From assembly GCA_046290465.1 (NCBI GenBank), contig JBKAGP010000001.1, forward strand, positions 1,952,001-2,016,000: DNA of 64,000 nucleotides, in the 5' to 3' direction. The first letter of the stretch is position 1, and every line of letters begins with the position of its first letter. Position numbers and translations under genes: made by a program. The notes below the pieces were generated by a model that did not search any database, had not been told where the DNA came from, and saw nothing but the letters and a program-made list of their open reading frames with translations. Shown here one piece after another: positions 29,310 to 38,705 of the stretch. This DNA comes from Planctomycetota bacterium. GTDB taxonomy: Bacteria > Planctomycetota > UBA1135 > UBA2386.

Positions 29310-29993
29310 TTACTGGACGACGACCCAGGTGTTGCCGTCGCGAGCGACGGTGTTCGCGGCAACCGCGGCACCCATGCTGGCCGAGGCCGTCGCGACGAAC
29401 GCGTCGTCGAACGTCGGGACCGTGCTGGTCGCGTTGCTGTACTGCGTGTTGGCGCCGTTGGTGGCGAGCACGTCACCCGACTGGTTGATGAAGAACGTGC
29501 GGTTGCCGCTGTTGCCAGCGACGGCCGGCCACGCGTAGCAGCACCAGAGCACTTCGGCCTGGCCGGCGTCGACGCTCGAGCCGGTGTAGCCGCCCGTGGC
29601 GTCTTCGGCGATGCCCTGGGCCGTGGTGTCCGGCAGGAACATCTGGAATACGTAGCCCGAGCGCGTGACGCGCGAGGCGGCGATGTTGCCGAACGCGGCC
29701 GACAGGACCGGCGGCGTGATCGTGGCCGTGCTGCCGCGGATCGCGACGCGGCCCGACAGCTCGCCGAAGTAGCCGTACTCGCCCTGGCCGTTGCTGTTGG
29801 CGTCGATGACACCCGAAGCCTGGCACTGCGACTGGCCCGACGAGATGTTCTTCAGCGTGGCGATGGCGGCCGACTCGTTGGCGTTCAGGCGCGCGCTGAG
29901 GAGGTTCGGAATAGCGATCGATGCGATGATGGCGATGATCGCGACGACGATCATCAGTTCGATGAGCGTAAAGCCCTGTTCCCGCTTGGACAT
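29310..29993 (-). CDS. Type IV pilin with DUF2950-like C-terminal domain (candidate major pilin)
   Basis: Class III signal MSKREQG|FTLIELMIVVAIIAIIASIAIP; NESAAIATL; SGY.F; YAWP...GNRTFFINQSG. Confidence 0.9.
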   Translation of the reverse strand: MSKREQGFTLIELMIVVAIIAIIASIAIPNLLSARLNANESAAIATLKNISSGQSQCQASGVIDANSNGQGEYGYFGELSGRVAIRGSTATITPPVLSAAFGNIAASRVTRSGYVFQMFLPDTTAQGIAEDATGGYTGSSVDAGQAEVLWCCYAWPAVAGNSGNRTFFINQSGDVLATNGANTQYSNATSTVPTFDDAFVATASASMGAAVAANTVARDGNTWVVVQ

Positions 29994-30081
29994 TTGGTTC
30001 TCCATTGACAACCGATTGATGGATGCAGCCCGACATGGGCCGCGTTTCGTTTCCCCTAACTCTCTTTCCTTCTGATCCCGC

Positions 30082-30960
30082 TCAGCGCCCAGGGGACGCC
30101 GGCTGCGAGACCGTGATCTGCTGGAAGCGCGCGTCGTGGCTGACGACCGACCAGGCATCCGCTTCGTCGCGAAGCTTCTGCCTCACCTCGGCCGGCCGCG
30201 CCTTGCTGACGCGCTCCAACATCTCGATGCAGGTATCGACGTCACCCTGACGCAACTTGAGGCGCGCAAGGTAGTAATCCGCGATTGGAACCTCGCCCTG
30301 GATGCTCTCGAGCGCATCGAGGGCATGCTGTTCCTGGCCCAGTTCGAGGTACTCGCGGCCCGCTTGCAGCCTTGCCACCGGCGATGCCTCGACGTCGCCG
30401 CGGACCACGTCGAGGCGCTGCACGGCCTCGTCGTCGCGACCGAGGCCGCGCAGAATCTGGGCCTCTTCGAGGCGTCGCTGGTGGCCGAAGCGTTCGTCGA
30501 GCGCTTCCTGGTTGCGGCGGAACACCTCGAGCGCCTGCACGCCGTCGCCGGCCTTGGCCAGCATGCGCGCCTGGTTGAACGCGAGGATGTCGTGCTGCTC
30601 GTCGCCGCAGTCCTCGCAGCGGCGAGCCGCGCCATAACACTGCGCCGCCTCGGCGAACTCGCCGTGCAGCATGTGCGCGAAGCCGCGGAACTCGGCGGTC
30701 ACCGCCATGCCCGGCTGCATCCGTTCGACCTTGGCGAGCTGGCCGACCGCCGCGGTGATCATGTTCTCGCGCGTGTCGAGCGCCTTGCCCTGCGCATCGG
30801 TGGCAGGGATCGCGTGCGCCATGCGCAGCTGCACGTCGGCGCTGCTCAGCAGCGTCATGACGTCGGCCTCGGTCTCGGTGTTGGCCCACATGACGGCGAT
30901 GCCGCCCATGGCCAGAACGGCGCCGCCGTACAGCAGCGCCCGACTCAACGGTTCGTTCAT
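30082..30960 (-). CDS. Membrane-anchored TPR protein
   Basis: N-terminal TM segment and multiple TPR-like repeats; lies between pilC and the pilin. Confidence 0.8.
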   Translation of the reverse strand: MNEPLSRALLYGGAVLAMGGIAVMWANTETEADVMTLLSSADVQLRMAHAIPATDAQGKALDTRENMITAAVGQLAKVERMQPGMAVTAEFRGFAHMLHGEFAEAAQCYGAARRCEDCGDEQHDILAFNQARMLAKAGDGVQALEVFRRNQEALDERFGHQRRLEEAQILRGLGRDDEAVQRLDVVRGDVEASPVARLQAGREYLELGQEQHALDALESIQGEVPIADYYLARLKLRQGDVDTCIEMLERVSKARPAEVRQKLRDEADAWSVVSHDARFQQITVSQPASPGR

Positions 30961-30989
30961 AGCTTCCCTTCGCCTCTGCCGGTGGCGGC

Positions 30990-32225
30990 CTAGCCGCCCG
31001 ACAGCTTCTCCTGCAGCTTGAAGATCGGCAGGAACACCGCGAGCACGATGCCGCCGACGATCACGCCCATCACCGCGATCATGATCGGTTCGATCATCGA
31101 GGTGAGTCCCTTCACCTCGGCCTCGACCTGCTGGTCGTAGAACTCGGCGATCTTCTCGAGCAGCGCGTCGAGCGCGCCGGAGCGCTCCCCGATCGCCATC
31201 ATCTTGACGACCATCGGCGGGAACACCGTCGACTGCATGAACGGCTCGGACAGGCTGTCGCCGTTCCTGACGCTGTCCTTGGCGCGGTCGACGATGCCCG
31301 AGATGACCTTGTTGCCCGCGGTGTCGGACACGATCTCCATCGCGCCGAGGATCGGCACGCCGGACTTGACCAGCGTCGAGAACGTGCGCGCGAAGCGCGA
31401 CAGCGCGACCTTCTTGAACAGGATGCCGAACACCGGGACGCGCAGCATCACCATGTCCTTGATGTAGCAGCCCTTCTCGGTCTTGCAGGCCGCGCCGATC
31501 CCGAAGAACGCTGCACCGATGCCGCCGAAGATGACGTACCAGTAGTTCTTCATGAAGAACGCGATGTCCATCGTCAGCACCGTGAGCGGCGGCAGGTCGA
31601 CCTCGAGCGACTCGAACACCGGCTTGAACGATGGCACGATGCCGATCATCAGGAACGACGCGATGCCGATGACGAGCACCAGCGAGATGACCGGATAGGT
31701 CATCGCCGACTTGATCTCGTTGCGCAGGTGGGCCGCCGCCTCGAGGTACTCCGCGAGGCGCTGCAGGATGATGTCGATCTGACCCGACACCTCACCGGCG
31801 CGGATCATGCTGACGTAGATGTGGCTGAAGACCTTCTTGTGCGGCTCGAGCGCCTTGCTGAGGTCGGAGCCGTTGCGGATGTCGTCGACGACCTTGTCGA
31901 GACAGAACGCGAAGCCGGGGCTCTCGGCCTGGTCCGCGAGGATCTCGAGCGCCTCGAGCATCGGGATACCCGCGCCGAGCATCGTCGACAGCTGCCGCGT
32001 GAAGACCTCGAGCTCGCCCTTCTTGACCGACGACTTCTTGGCCTTCGGCTTCTGCCCGGCCTTGGCCAGCAGCCCGCCGAGACCGGCCGACTTGCTGACG
32101 TCGAGAGGAGTCAGGTTGCGGCGCCGGACCTCGGCGATCGCCTCCTGCTGCGAACCCGCCGACACGGTGCCCTTGACCACCTTGCCGGTCTCGTCCCGAG
32201 CCTCGTACTTGAACTTGGTTGCCAT
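30990..32225 (-). CDS. pilC: Type IV pilus platform protein PilC (T2SS F family)
   Basis: FTRQLSTML.AGIP, AGEVSG, IKSAMTYP, FPPMV..M..GE.SG.LD and MIEP motifs. Confidence 0.95.
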   Translation of the reverse strand: MATKFKYEARDETGKVVKGTVSAGSQQEAIAEVRRRNLTPLDVSKSAGLGGLLAKAGQKPKAKKSSVKKGELEVFTRQLSTMLGAGIPMLEALEILADQAESPGFAFCLDKVVDDIRNGSDLSKALEPHKKVFSHIYVSMIRAGEVSGQIDIILQRLAEYLEAAAHLRNEIKSAMTYPVISLVLVIGIASFLMIGIVPSFKPVFESLEVDLPPLTVLTMDIAFFMKNYWYVIFGGIGAAFFGIGAACKTEKGCYIKDMVMLRVPVFGILFKKVALSRFARTFSTLVKSGVPILGAMEIVSDTAGNKVISGIVDRAKDSVRNGDSLSEPFMQSTVFPPMVVKMMAIGERSGALDALLEKIAEFYDQQVEAEVKGLTSMIEPIMIAVMGVIVGGIVLAVFLPIFKLQEKLSGG

Positions 32226-32277
32226 CGTCTGCCGTCCCCGTATTCCGTTCCCTTGATTCCCCTGACGACGTCGCGGA

Positions 32278-33993
32278 CTAGTCCGCCATCGTCCTCGCCT
32301 CGACTTCCTGCAGGCTGGTCTTGCCGCGCGAGGCGTTGAGCAGCGCGCAGCGGCGCAGCGTCAACATGCCCTCGTCGAGCGCCTTCTTCTTGACGTCCGC
32401 GATGTTGGCGCGGTCGACGACCATGCGGCGGACCTCGTCCGACATCCGCATCGTCTCGAGCAGCGCGAAGCGGCCCTTGTAGCCACCGGCGCAACGCGGG
32501 CAGCCGACCGGCTCGAAGAACTCCATGTTGATGTCCGGGTTCTCGAAGTCGGCCTCGTGGAAGCCGAGTTCGATCAGCGCCTTCTTCGGCACGTCGACCT
32601 TCTTCTTGCAGTTCGGACAGAGCTTCTTGCCCAGACGCTGGGCACAGATCAGCAGCGCCGCGCTCGACACCATGAACGGGTCGACGCCCATGTCGATCAT
32701 GCGGGTGATCGTCGACGGCGCGTCGTTGGTGTGCAGCGTGCTGAGCACCAGGTGGCCCGTGAGCGCCGCCTTGATCGCGATCTCGAGCGTCTCCTGGTCG
32801 CGGATCTCGCCGAGCAGCACCACGTCCGGGTCCTGACGCAGGATCGAGCGCAGCGCACCGCCGAACGTCAGGCCGGCCTTCGGGTTGACCGGCACCTGGT
32901 TGATGCCCTCGAGCTGGTATTCGACCGGGTCCTCGACCGTCACCAGGTTGATGTCCGGCGACGCGATGTGGCGCACCGCCGAGTACAGCGTGGTCGACTT
33001 ACCAGAACCCGTAGGACCGGTGACCAGGATCATCCCGTAGGGCTGTGCACAGGCCCACAGGTAGTCCTCCATGCAGCGCTGCTCGAAGCCGAGCGATTGG
33101 ATGTCGAGCGCCAGGTTGGACGAGTCGAGGATCCGGAAGACGGTCTTCTCGCCCCAGACGACCGGCAGGATCGAGACGCGGAAGTCGACCGCCTTGCGGC
33201 CGATCTTCATCTGGAACTTGCCGTCCTGCGGACGCCGCTTCTCGGCGATGTCCAGCTTGGACATGATCTTGATGCGCGAGGTGATGTTCGCCTGCATCCG
33301 CTTGGGCAGCGTCATCGCCTCCTGCATGGTGCCGTCCTTGCGATAACGGACGATCGTCTTCTTCTCGAACGGCTCGATGTGGATGTCGGAGACGCCCTGG
33401 TTGCAGGCGTCGAGGATCATCTTGTTGACGAGCTTGACGACCGGCGAGTCCTCGTCGCTGATCGCGCTGAGGTCGGTGCCGTCGTCCTCGATGTCGTCTT
33501 CCTTGAGCGTGACGTCGCTCTCGTCGAACGAATCGAGGATGCCGTCGACGGACTCGGTCTCCTGCTGGTAGCTCTTGCCGCGGGTGCGCTCGATCTCCTC
33601 CTCGGTCGAGACGACCAGGCGCAGCTGACAACCGGTGACGATCCGGATGTCGTCGAGCTTCAGCACGTCGAACGGGTTGGCGACCGCGATCGTGATGATC
33701 GAGCCGATCTTGTCGACCGGGAACACGCCGTAGTCACGCGCGACGTCCTCGGGCACCGACTCGAGCACCTCCTTGTTGAGGGTCAGCTTCGACAGGTCGA
33801 TCGGCGGGATGTTGGCCGACTTGGCGATCAGCGCGACCAGCTCCTGCTCGGTCGCGACGCCGTTCTTGACCAACACCTCGGTGAACGGGCGCTTCGTCGA
33901 CTGCGCCTCGGCGAGCAACGTGTCGCCAGCGCCCTCTTCGAGCTTGCCCGCCTTCTCGAGGATGGCGCGGAGCTTCTTGCCGAACTGCGACAT
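32278..33993 (-). CDS. pilB: Type IV pilus assembly ATPase PilB
   Basis: SDIHIEP, LDIAEKRRPQDG, GPTGSGKST, LRQDPD, TGHLVLSTLHTN; two CxxC zinc motifs. Confidence 0.95.
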   Translation of the reverse strand: MSQFGKKLRAILEKAGKLEEGAGDTLLAEAQSTKRPFTEVLVKNGVATEQELVALIAKSANIPPIDLSKLTLNKEVLESVPEDVARDYGVFPVDKIGSIITIAVANPFDVLKLDDIRIVTGCQLRLVVSTEEEIERTRGKSYQQETESVDGILDSFDESDVTLKEDDIEDDGTDLSAISDEDSPVVKLVNKMILDACNQGVSDIHIEPFEKKTIVRYRKDGTMQEAMTLPKRMQANITSRIKIMSKLDIAEKRRPQDGKFQMKIGRKAVDFRVSILPVVWGEKTVFRILDSSNLALDIQSLGFEQRCMEDYLWACAQPYGMILVTGPTGSGKSTTLYSAVRHIASPDINLVTVEDPVEYQLEGINQVPVNPKAGLTFGGALRSILRQDPDVVLLGEIRDQETLEIAIKAALTGHLVLSTLHTNDAPSTITRMIDMGVDPFMVSSAALLICAQRLGKKLCPNCKKKVDVPKKALIELGFHEADFENPDINMEFFEPVGCPRCAGGYKGRFALLETMRMSDEVRRMVVDRANIADVKKKALDEGMLTLRRCALLNASRGKTSLQEVEARTMAD

Positions 33994-33996
33994 GGC

Positions 33997-35121
33997 TTAG
34001 CGCTGCCGCCTCCCGTAGCCGCCGCTGGCACCGCCGCCGCCAGCGCCGCCGCCGACGCCGTGGCGTTCCATCAGCCGCTGGAAGTCGGCCTCGTCGCCGG
34101 TGTGCTCGAGCGCGTCCTCGTAGCTGACCGTGCCGTTCTTGTAGAGCTCGAACAGCGACTGGTTCATCGTGCGCATGCCGACCTGCGCGCCGGTCTGGAT
34201 GATCGACATGATCTGGTGCGACTTGTTGTCGCGGATCAGCGCGCGGATCGCCGGGTTGGCGACCATCACCTCGGCGGCCAGCGCGCGGCCCTTGCCGTGC
34301 TGCCGCGGCACCAGCTGCTGGCAGACGATCGCCTGCAGCGTGAACGACAGCATCGTGCGGATCTGCTGCTGCTGGTGCGCCGGGAACACGTCGACGATGC
34401 GGTTGACGGTCTGCGCGACGTCGGACGTGTGCAGCGTCGCGAACGTCAGGTGGCCGGTCTCGGCGAGCGTCAGCGCCGCCTCGATCGTCTCGAGGTCGCG
34501 CATCTCGCCGACCAGCACGACGTCGGGGTCCTGACGCAGCACCGACTTCAGCGCCTTGCCGAACGCGTGCGTGTCGCCGCCGACCTCACGCTGGTTGATC
34601 AGGCAGCCCTTGTTGCGGTGCGAGAACTCGATCGGGTCCTCGATCGTGACGATGTGGCCCTGCGTGTGCTCGTTGATGTAGTTGACCATCGAGGCCAACG
34701 TCGTCGACTTGCCGGAGCCGGTGGAGCCGGTGCACAGCACCAGGCCGCGCGGCAGGTTGCAGATCCACTCGCAGACCTTGCGCGGCAGGCCGATCGTCTC
34801 GAAGTCGAAGACCTCGAACGGGATCACCCGCAGCACCGCCGCGACCGTGCCGCGCTGGATGAACGCGTTGGTCCGGAAGCGGCCGAGGTTGGCGACGCCG
34901 AACGAGAAGTCGAGCTCGAGGTTCTTCTCGAACTTGGCGACCTGGTCGGCGCCGAGCACGGAGTAGACCAGCTTCTTGGTCGCCTCGGGCATCAGTGCCT
35001 CGTACTCCGTGTCGACGAGCTTGCCGTCGACGCGGATTCGCGGCGGAGAACCCACCGAGATGTGAAGGTCGGAACCACCGCGCTGAACCATCAGGTTCAG
35101 CAGTTCTTCCATCGAGACCAT
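33997..35121 (-). CDS. pilT: Type IV pilus retraction ATPase PilT
   Basis: GSDLH, GSTGSGKST, TIEDPIE, LRQDPD, AETGHL, AIRALIR and GMRTMNQSL motifs. Confidence 0.95.
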   Translation of the reverse strand: MVSMEELLNLMVQRGGSDLHISVGSPPRIRVDGKLVDTEYEALMPEATKKLVYSVLGADQVAKFEKNLELDFSFGVANLGRFRTNAFIQRGTVAAVLRVIPFEVFDFETIGLPRKVCEWICNLPRGLVLCTGSTGSGKSTTLASMVNYINEHTQGHIVTIEDPIEFSHRNKGCLINQREVGGDTHAFGKALKSVLRQDPDVVLVGEMRDLETIEAALTLAETGHLTFATLHTSDVAQTVNRIVDVFPAHQQQQIRTMLSFTLQAIVCQQLVPRQHGKGRALAAEVMVANPAIRALIRDNKSHQIMSIIQTGAQVGMRTMNQSLFELYKNGTVSYEDALEHTGDEADFQRLMERHGVGGGAGGGGASGGYGRRQR

Positions 35122-35325
35122 GCTGTCGCGCTCCTGTGCAGACCCGCCGACACGGCAGGTCGGTCTCGTCTATCGGCGCACAGGTGGGCGCGCATTGAGG
35201 GTCCCGTGGCCCCCTGTCGAAAACCCCTGCCGGCGGCCCCGAGCCGGCGGCCCCGCCGCCTCTGCCGGCCGCCGCACGGGCCTTGCGCGGACGGCAAGGC
35301 GGTCTCGTCGCGGGACGCGCGCCGC

Positions 35326-37341
35326 TCAGCTGGCGGCGGCGCCGTGGCGTTTCACGACATCGGCCTGCACGTTCGGCGGCACCGGCTCGTAGTGCGCGAA
35401 CCGCATCGAGAACGAGCCCTCACCGGCCGTGATCGAACGCAGCTGGGTGGAGTAGTCCAGCATGGTCGCCAACGGACACTGGGCCTGGATCGTCTGGATG
35501 CCGTTCTCGACCTCCATCCCGGACAATCGACCCCGGTGGCTCGACAGGCTGCCGGCGACGTCGCCGGTGAAGCGATCCGGCACGCGGATCACCACGTCCA
35601 TGATCGGCTCGAGCAACAGCCCGCGCCCCTTCTCGAACGCGTCGACACACGCCCTCTCCGCGGCCAGCTGGAAGCTGATCGCGTCGCTGTCGACATCGTG
35701 GTACTTGCCGTCGTGCAGCTCGACGCCGACGTCGACGACCGGGAACCCGGCGAGCGGCCCCTTGGCCAGGAACCGGCGCGCGCCCTTCTCGACCTCGGGG
35801 ATGAACGCGCGCGGCACCGAACCGCCGACCACCGAGTCACGGAACTCGAAGCCGGCGCCGTGTTCTCGCGGGTGCATGCGCAGGTGCACCTCGGCGAACT
35901 GGCCGCGACCGCCCGACTGCTTCTTGTGGCGGTGGTGGCCAGCCGACGGCACCGTCACGGTCTCGCGATACGGGATCGTCGGCGGCCCCTGCTCGACGTC
36001 GACGCCGTGCCGACGGTGCAGCCGCTGGAACGTGATCTCGAGGTGAATCGGGCTCATCCCGGTCACCAGCAGTTCGCCGGTCTCGGGGTCGCGCGAGTGC
36101 GTCAGCGTCGCGTCCTCGGCGGCGAGCTTCTCGAGCGCGTGGCCGATCTTCTGTTCGTCCCCGCGCGCCTTCGGCCAGATGTGGCGCGAGTAGGTCGGCT
36201 CGGGGAACGCCGGCCGCGGGAACTCGAGCAGCGCCCCCTCGGCGGTCAGCGTGTCGCCGAGCCCGAAATCCTCGATCTTGCTGATCGCGAACAGGTCGCC
36301 GGCGACGACCCGATCGGTCTCCTTGGTCTCCGTGCCGTGCACGCTGTGCAGGTGGCCGATCTTGTGGCTCTTGCCGGTGTGCGTGTCGACCAGCGTCTCG
36401 TCCTTCTGCAGCGCGCCCCGGTAGGCCCGCAAGAACGTCAGGCGGCCGACGTAGGGATCGGAGACGACCTTCCAGACCTTGGCCGCGAACGGCCCCTGGT
36501 CCGGCTCGACCAGCTGCCCGAACACGTCGGTGCCCGGCTTGGCGGCGCCGCGCGCGCCGAAGCAGACCGGCGACGGGAAGTGCAGCTCCATGAACTCGAC
36601 CAACCGCTCCATGCCGAGCCCGCGGTTGGGGCAGACCGCGAACACCGGCACCAGCTTGCCGGCGGCGATCGCGCGACGCAGGTTGTCCTCGAACTCCTGC
36701 TGCGACAGGTGCCCTTCTTCGAGGTAGTGCTCCATCAGCGTGTCGTCGACCTCGGCTTCGTCCTCCTCGATCATCTCGTGGTACTTCGCCGACAACGGCC
36801 CTTCGTCGTGGGTTACGTCGTGCACCGCCGTGAACGAACCGCCCGAGCCGTCGGGGTAGGTCACCGGCACGACCGCATGCCCGAACGCCTCGCGCAGCTC
36901 GGCGACCGTGCGTTCGAAGTCGGTGTTGTCCTGGTCGAGGTGCGTCACGACGATCGCGCGGCCGACGCCGGCGCGGGTCGCGGCGTCCCACAGCTGCCGC
37001 GCGTGGAACGTCAGCGGGCTCGATGCGTTGATCGTCAGCACCGCCGTCTCGACCACGTCGATCGCCGCGATCGCCTCGGCGAGGAAGTCCGGGTGCCCGG
37101 GCGTGTCGAAGACGTTGAGGTCGACCTTGCCCGCCGGGATCCGGAAGACGTGCGACTGCAGCGTCTGGTGGCGCTCCTTCTCCTCCGGCTCGGTGTCGCT
37201 GATCGACGTTCCCTGGCGGGTGTCGCCGAGCCGCGTGGTCAGCTTGAGGTGGTGCGCGATCGCGTCGACCAGGGCCGTCTTGCCAGCGTGTCCGTGGCCA
37301 ACCACAGCCAGGTTGCGAATGTCATCCGAGGCTCTTGCCAT
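35326..37341 (-). CDS. Elongation factor G-like protein (EF-G2 type)
   Basis: GHGHAGKT, DTPGHPDF, PYRET, KKQSGGRGQF, YHDVDSD and LRSITAGEGSF. The canonical RGIT and NKMD motifs are replaced. Confidence 0.9.
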   Translation of the reverse strand: MARASDDIRNLAVVGHGHAGKTALVDAIAHHLKLTTRLGDTRQGTSISDTEPEEKERHQTLQSHVFRIPAGKVDLNVFDTPGHPDFLAEAIAAIDVVETAVLTINASSPLTFHARQLWDAATRAGVGRAIVVTHLDQDNTDFERTVAELREAFGHAVVPVTYPDGSGGSFTAVHDVTHDEGPLSAKYHEMIEEDEAEVDDTLMEHYLEEGHLSQQEFEDNLRRAIAAGKLVPVFAVCPNRGLGMERLVEFMELHFPSPVCFGARGAAKPGTDVFGQLVEPDQGPFAAKVWKVVSDPYVGRLTFLRAYRGALQKDETLVDTHTGKSHKIGHLHSVHGTETKETDRVVAGDLFAISKIEDFGLGDTLTAEGALLEFPRPAFPEPTYSRHIWPKARGDEQKIGHALEKLAAEDATLTHSRDPETGELLVTGMSPIHLEITFQRLHRRHGVDVEQGPPTIPYRETVTVPSAGHHRHKKQSGGRGQFAEVHLRMHPREHGAGFEFRDSVVGGSVPRAFIPEVEKGARRFLAKGPLAGFPVVDVGVELHDGKYHDVDSDAISFQLAAERACVDAFEKGRGLLLEPIMDVVIRVPDRFTGDVAGSLSSHRGRLSGMEVENGIQTIQAQCPLATMLDYSTQLRSITAGEGSFSMRFAHYEPVPPNVQADVVKRHGAAAS

Positions 37342-37997
37342 GTCAGGTACTCCGTGAGGTTGCGCGCCTCGGACCGCAACCAAGAGAGGCTAGGGAGCGG
37401 GCCAGGGGCGCCGAGAACGGCTGCCCCGACACCGCGGGGAACCTGCACGGAGAGGGCCGACCGGAGAACCGCGGCACCAGGGAACCCCCGCTTATATCCC
37501 TTTCCCGCCTCCTGCGCCGGCCGCCCCGGTCCCCACAACTGCCGGGCCAAACGAGCCACGACGCCACCGATTGTGGACAAACCACAACCGCACCTTCCCA
37601 TCCCCCGCCGCCACGGCACCTTCAGCCGTTCTGGCCCAGCCCCCTGCACCACCCCCCGAGCGACCCCGGAAGGCCCCCGGTACACAACCATCACGCACAC
37701 TGCCTCACGCGCACCGCAGCCCCACAGGGAGCGAGGCACACCGAGCAGAGCACAGCGGGCCGAGCACAACGGGCCATGCACGACGCGCAACCATCCCGCC
37801 AACGTAGCCGCCTACCCGCAGGGCGCCGCAGGCGTGCGCTGGCAAGGAGGACCAGCAAGGCGAGCGGAGGCGGGGCCACGCCCCGCTGAGCATCGCCGCC
37901 GCGCCGCCGGCCCTCGGGGCCGGCCGCCGCGCAGCAGCGGTCCGACGCCGTCCCGCGCGCGCCTGCGGCGTCCCCCCGCCCGTCGAAGCGTGCGCTC

Positions 37998-38642
37998 CTA
38001 CAGGGTGTCGCCGACGACGATCTCAACCCGCCGGTTCGAGGCCTTGTTGCCCCGGTTGAGCGGATCGAACTGGCCGTAGCCGACGATGACGATGGCCGAC
38101 TCGGGCACGCCCTGCTGGATCAGGTAGCGCGCGACGGCGTCGGCGCGCTTGGCCGACAGGTCGCGGTTGCTCGAGTACTTGTCCTTGGTCTTGCTGATCG
38201 GGTCGGTGTCGGTGTGGCCCTCGACGAAGAACCGGCGACCCGAGAACTTCGAGCGCAGCGCCGACGCGACGTTGCGCAGCACCTGGTGGGCCGAGCTCTT
38301 CAACGCGACGCTGCCCGAGTCGAACGTGACCCGGTTGTTGACGCCGATGCTGATGCGACCGCGGCGGTAGCTGACGTCGGCGTCGGTGCCGAGGTCGTTC
38401 TGCAGTTCGTTCAGCAGGCTGTTCGGTTCGCGGCGCGGCGCGGCGGCCTCGACCGGCGCCGGGCGCGAGGAGAGGCGGTTCTGCAACTCCTCGTTCTCGC
38501 CACGGAGGCGGGCGATGTCGCCGTTGAGCGCGCGGATGCGGTCGTCGCGATCGCGCAACATGTCTTGGTAGCGCGTGGTGCAGCTCGTGGCCAGCGACGT
38601 GGCGATGAGCGAGAGAATGAGGAATGCCTTACGGAACTTCAT
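37998..38642 (-). CDS. OmpA/MotB C-terminal domain lipoprotein
   Basis: Lipobox ATSC; coiled coil; FDSGS, VEGHTD, N..LS..RA..V and NRRVEI motifs. Confidence 0.9.
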   Translation of the reverse strand: MKFRKAFLILSLIATSLATSCTTRYQDMLRDRDDRIRALNGDIARLRGENEELQNRLSSRPAPVEAAAPRREPNSLLNELQNDLGTDADVSYRRGRISIGVNNRVTFDSGSVALKSSAHQVLRNVASALRSKFSGRRFFVEGHTDTDPISKTKDKYSSNRDLSAKRADAVARYLIQQGVPESAIVIVGYGQFDPLNRGNKASNRRVEIVVGDTL

Positions 38643-38705
38643 GGTGCCTCCCTGTCGAGAACGACGGTGAAAGAACGGATGGCTGCGAGTTGGTGAGGGT
38701 TGCCG

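Noticed and set aside
37571..37587. DnaA-box-like TTGTCCACA (minus strand) within the inverted repeat ttgtgg-N5-ccacaa; possible oriC
   Set aside because: There is a single box, with no AT-rich unwinding element and no dnaA/dnaN nearby.
32557..38079. Very long plus-strand ORFs (1840 aa here; also 49275..54008, 14589..18269, 42792..46184, 11030..13702)
   Set aside because: They are antisense shadows of clearly identified minus-strand genes. High GC and codon bias remove stop codons, and the translations are Arg/Ala-rich with no motifs.
37998..38642. Flagellar stator MotB
   Set aside because: It has a lipobox rather than the MotB TM helix with the conserved Asp, and there is no adjacent motA.
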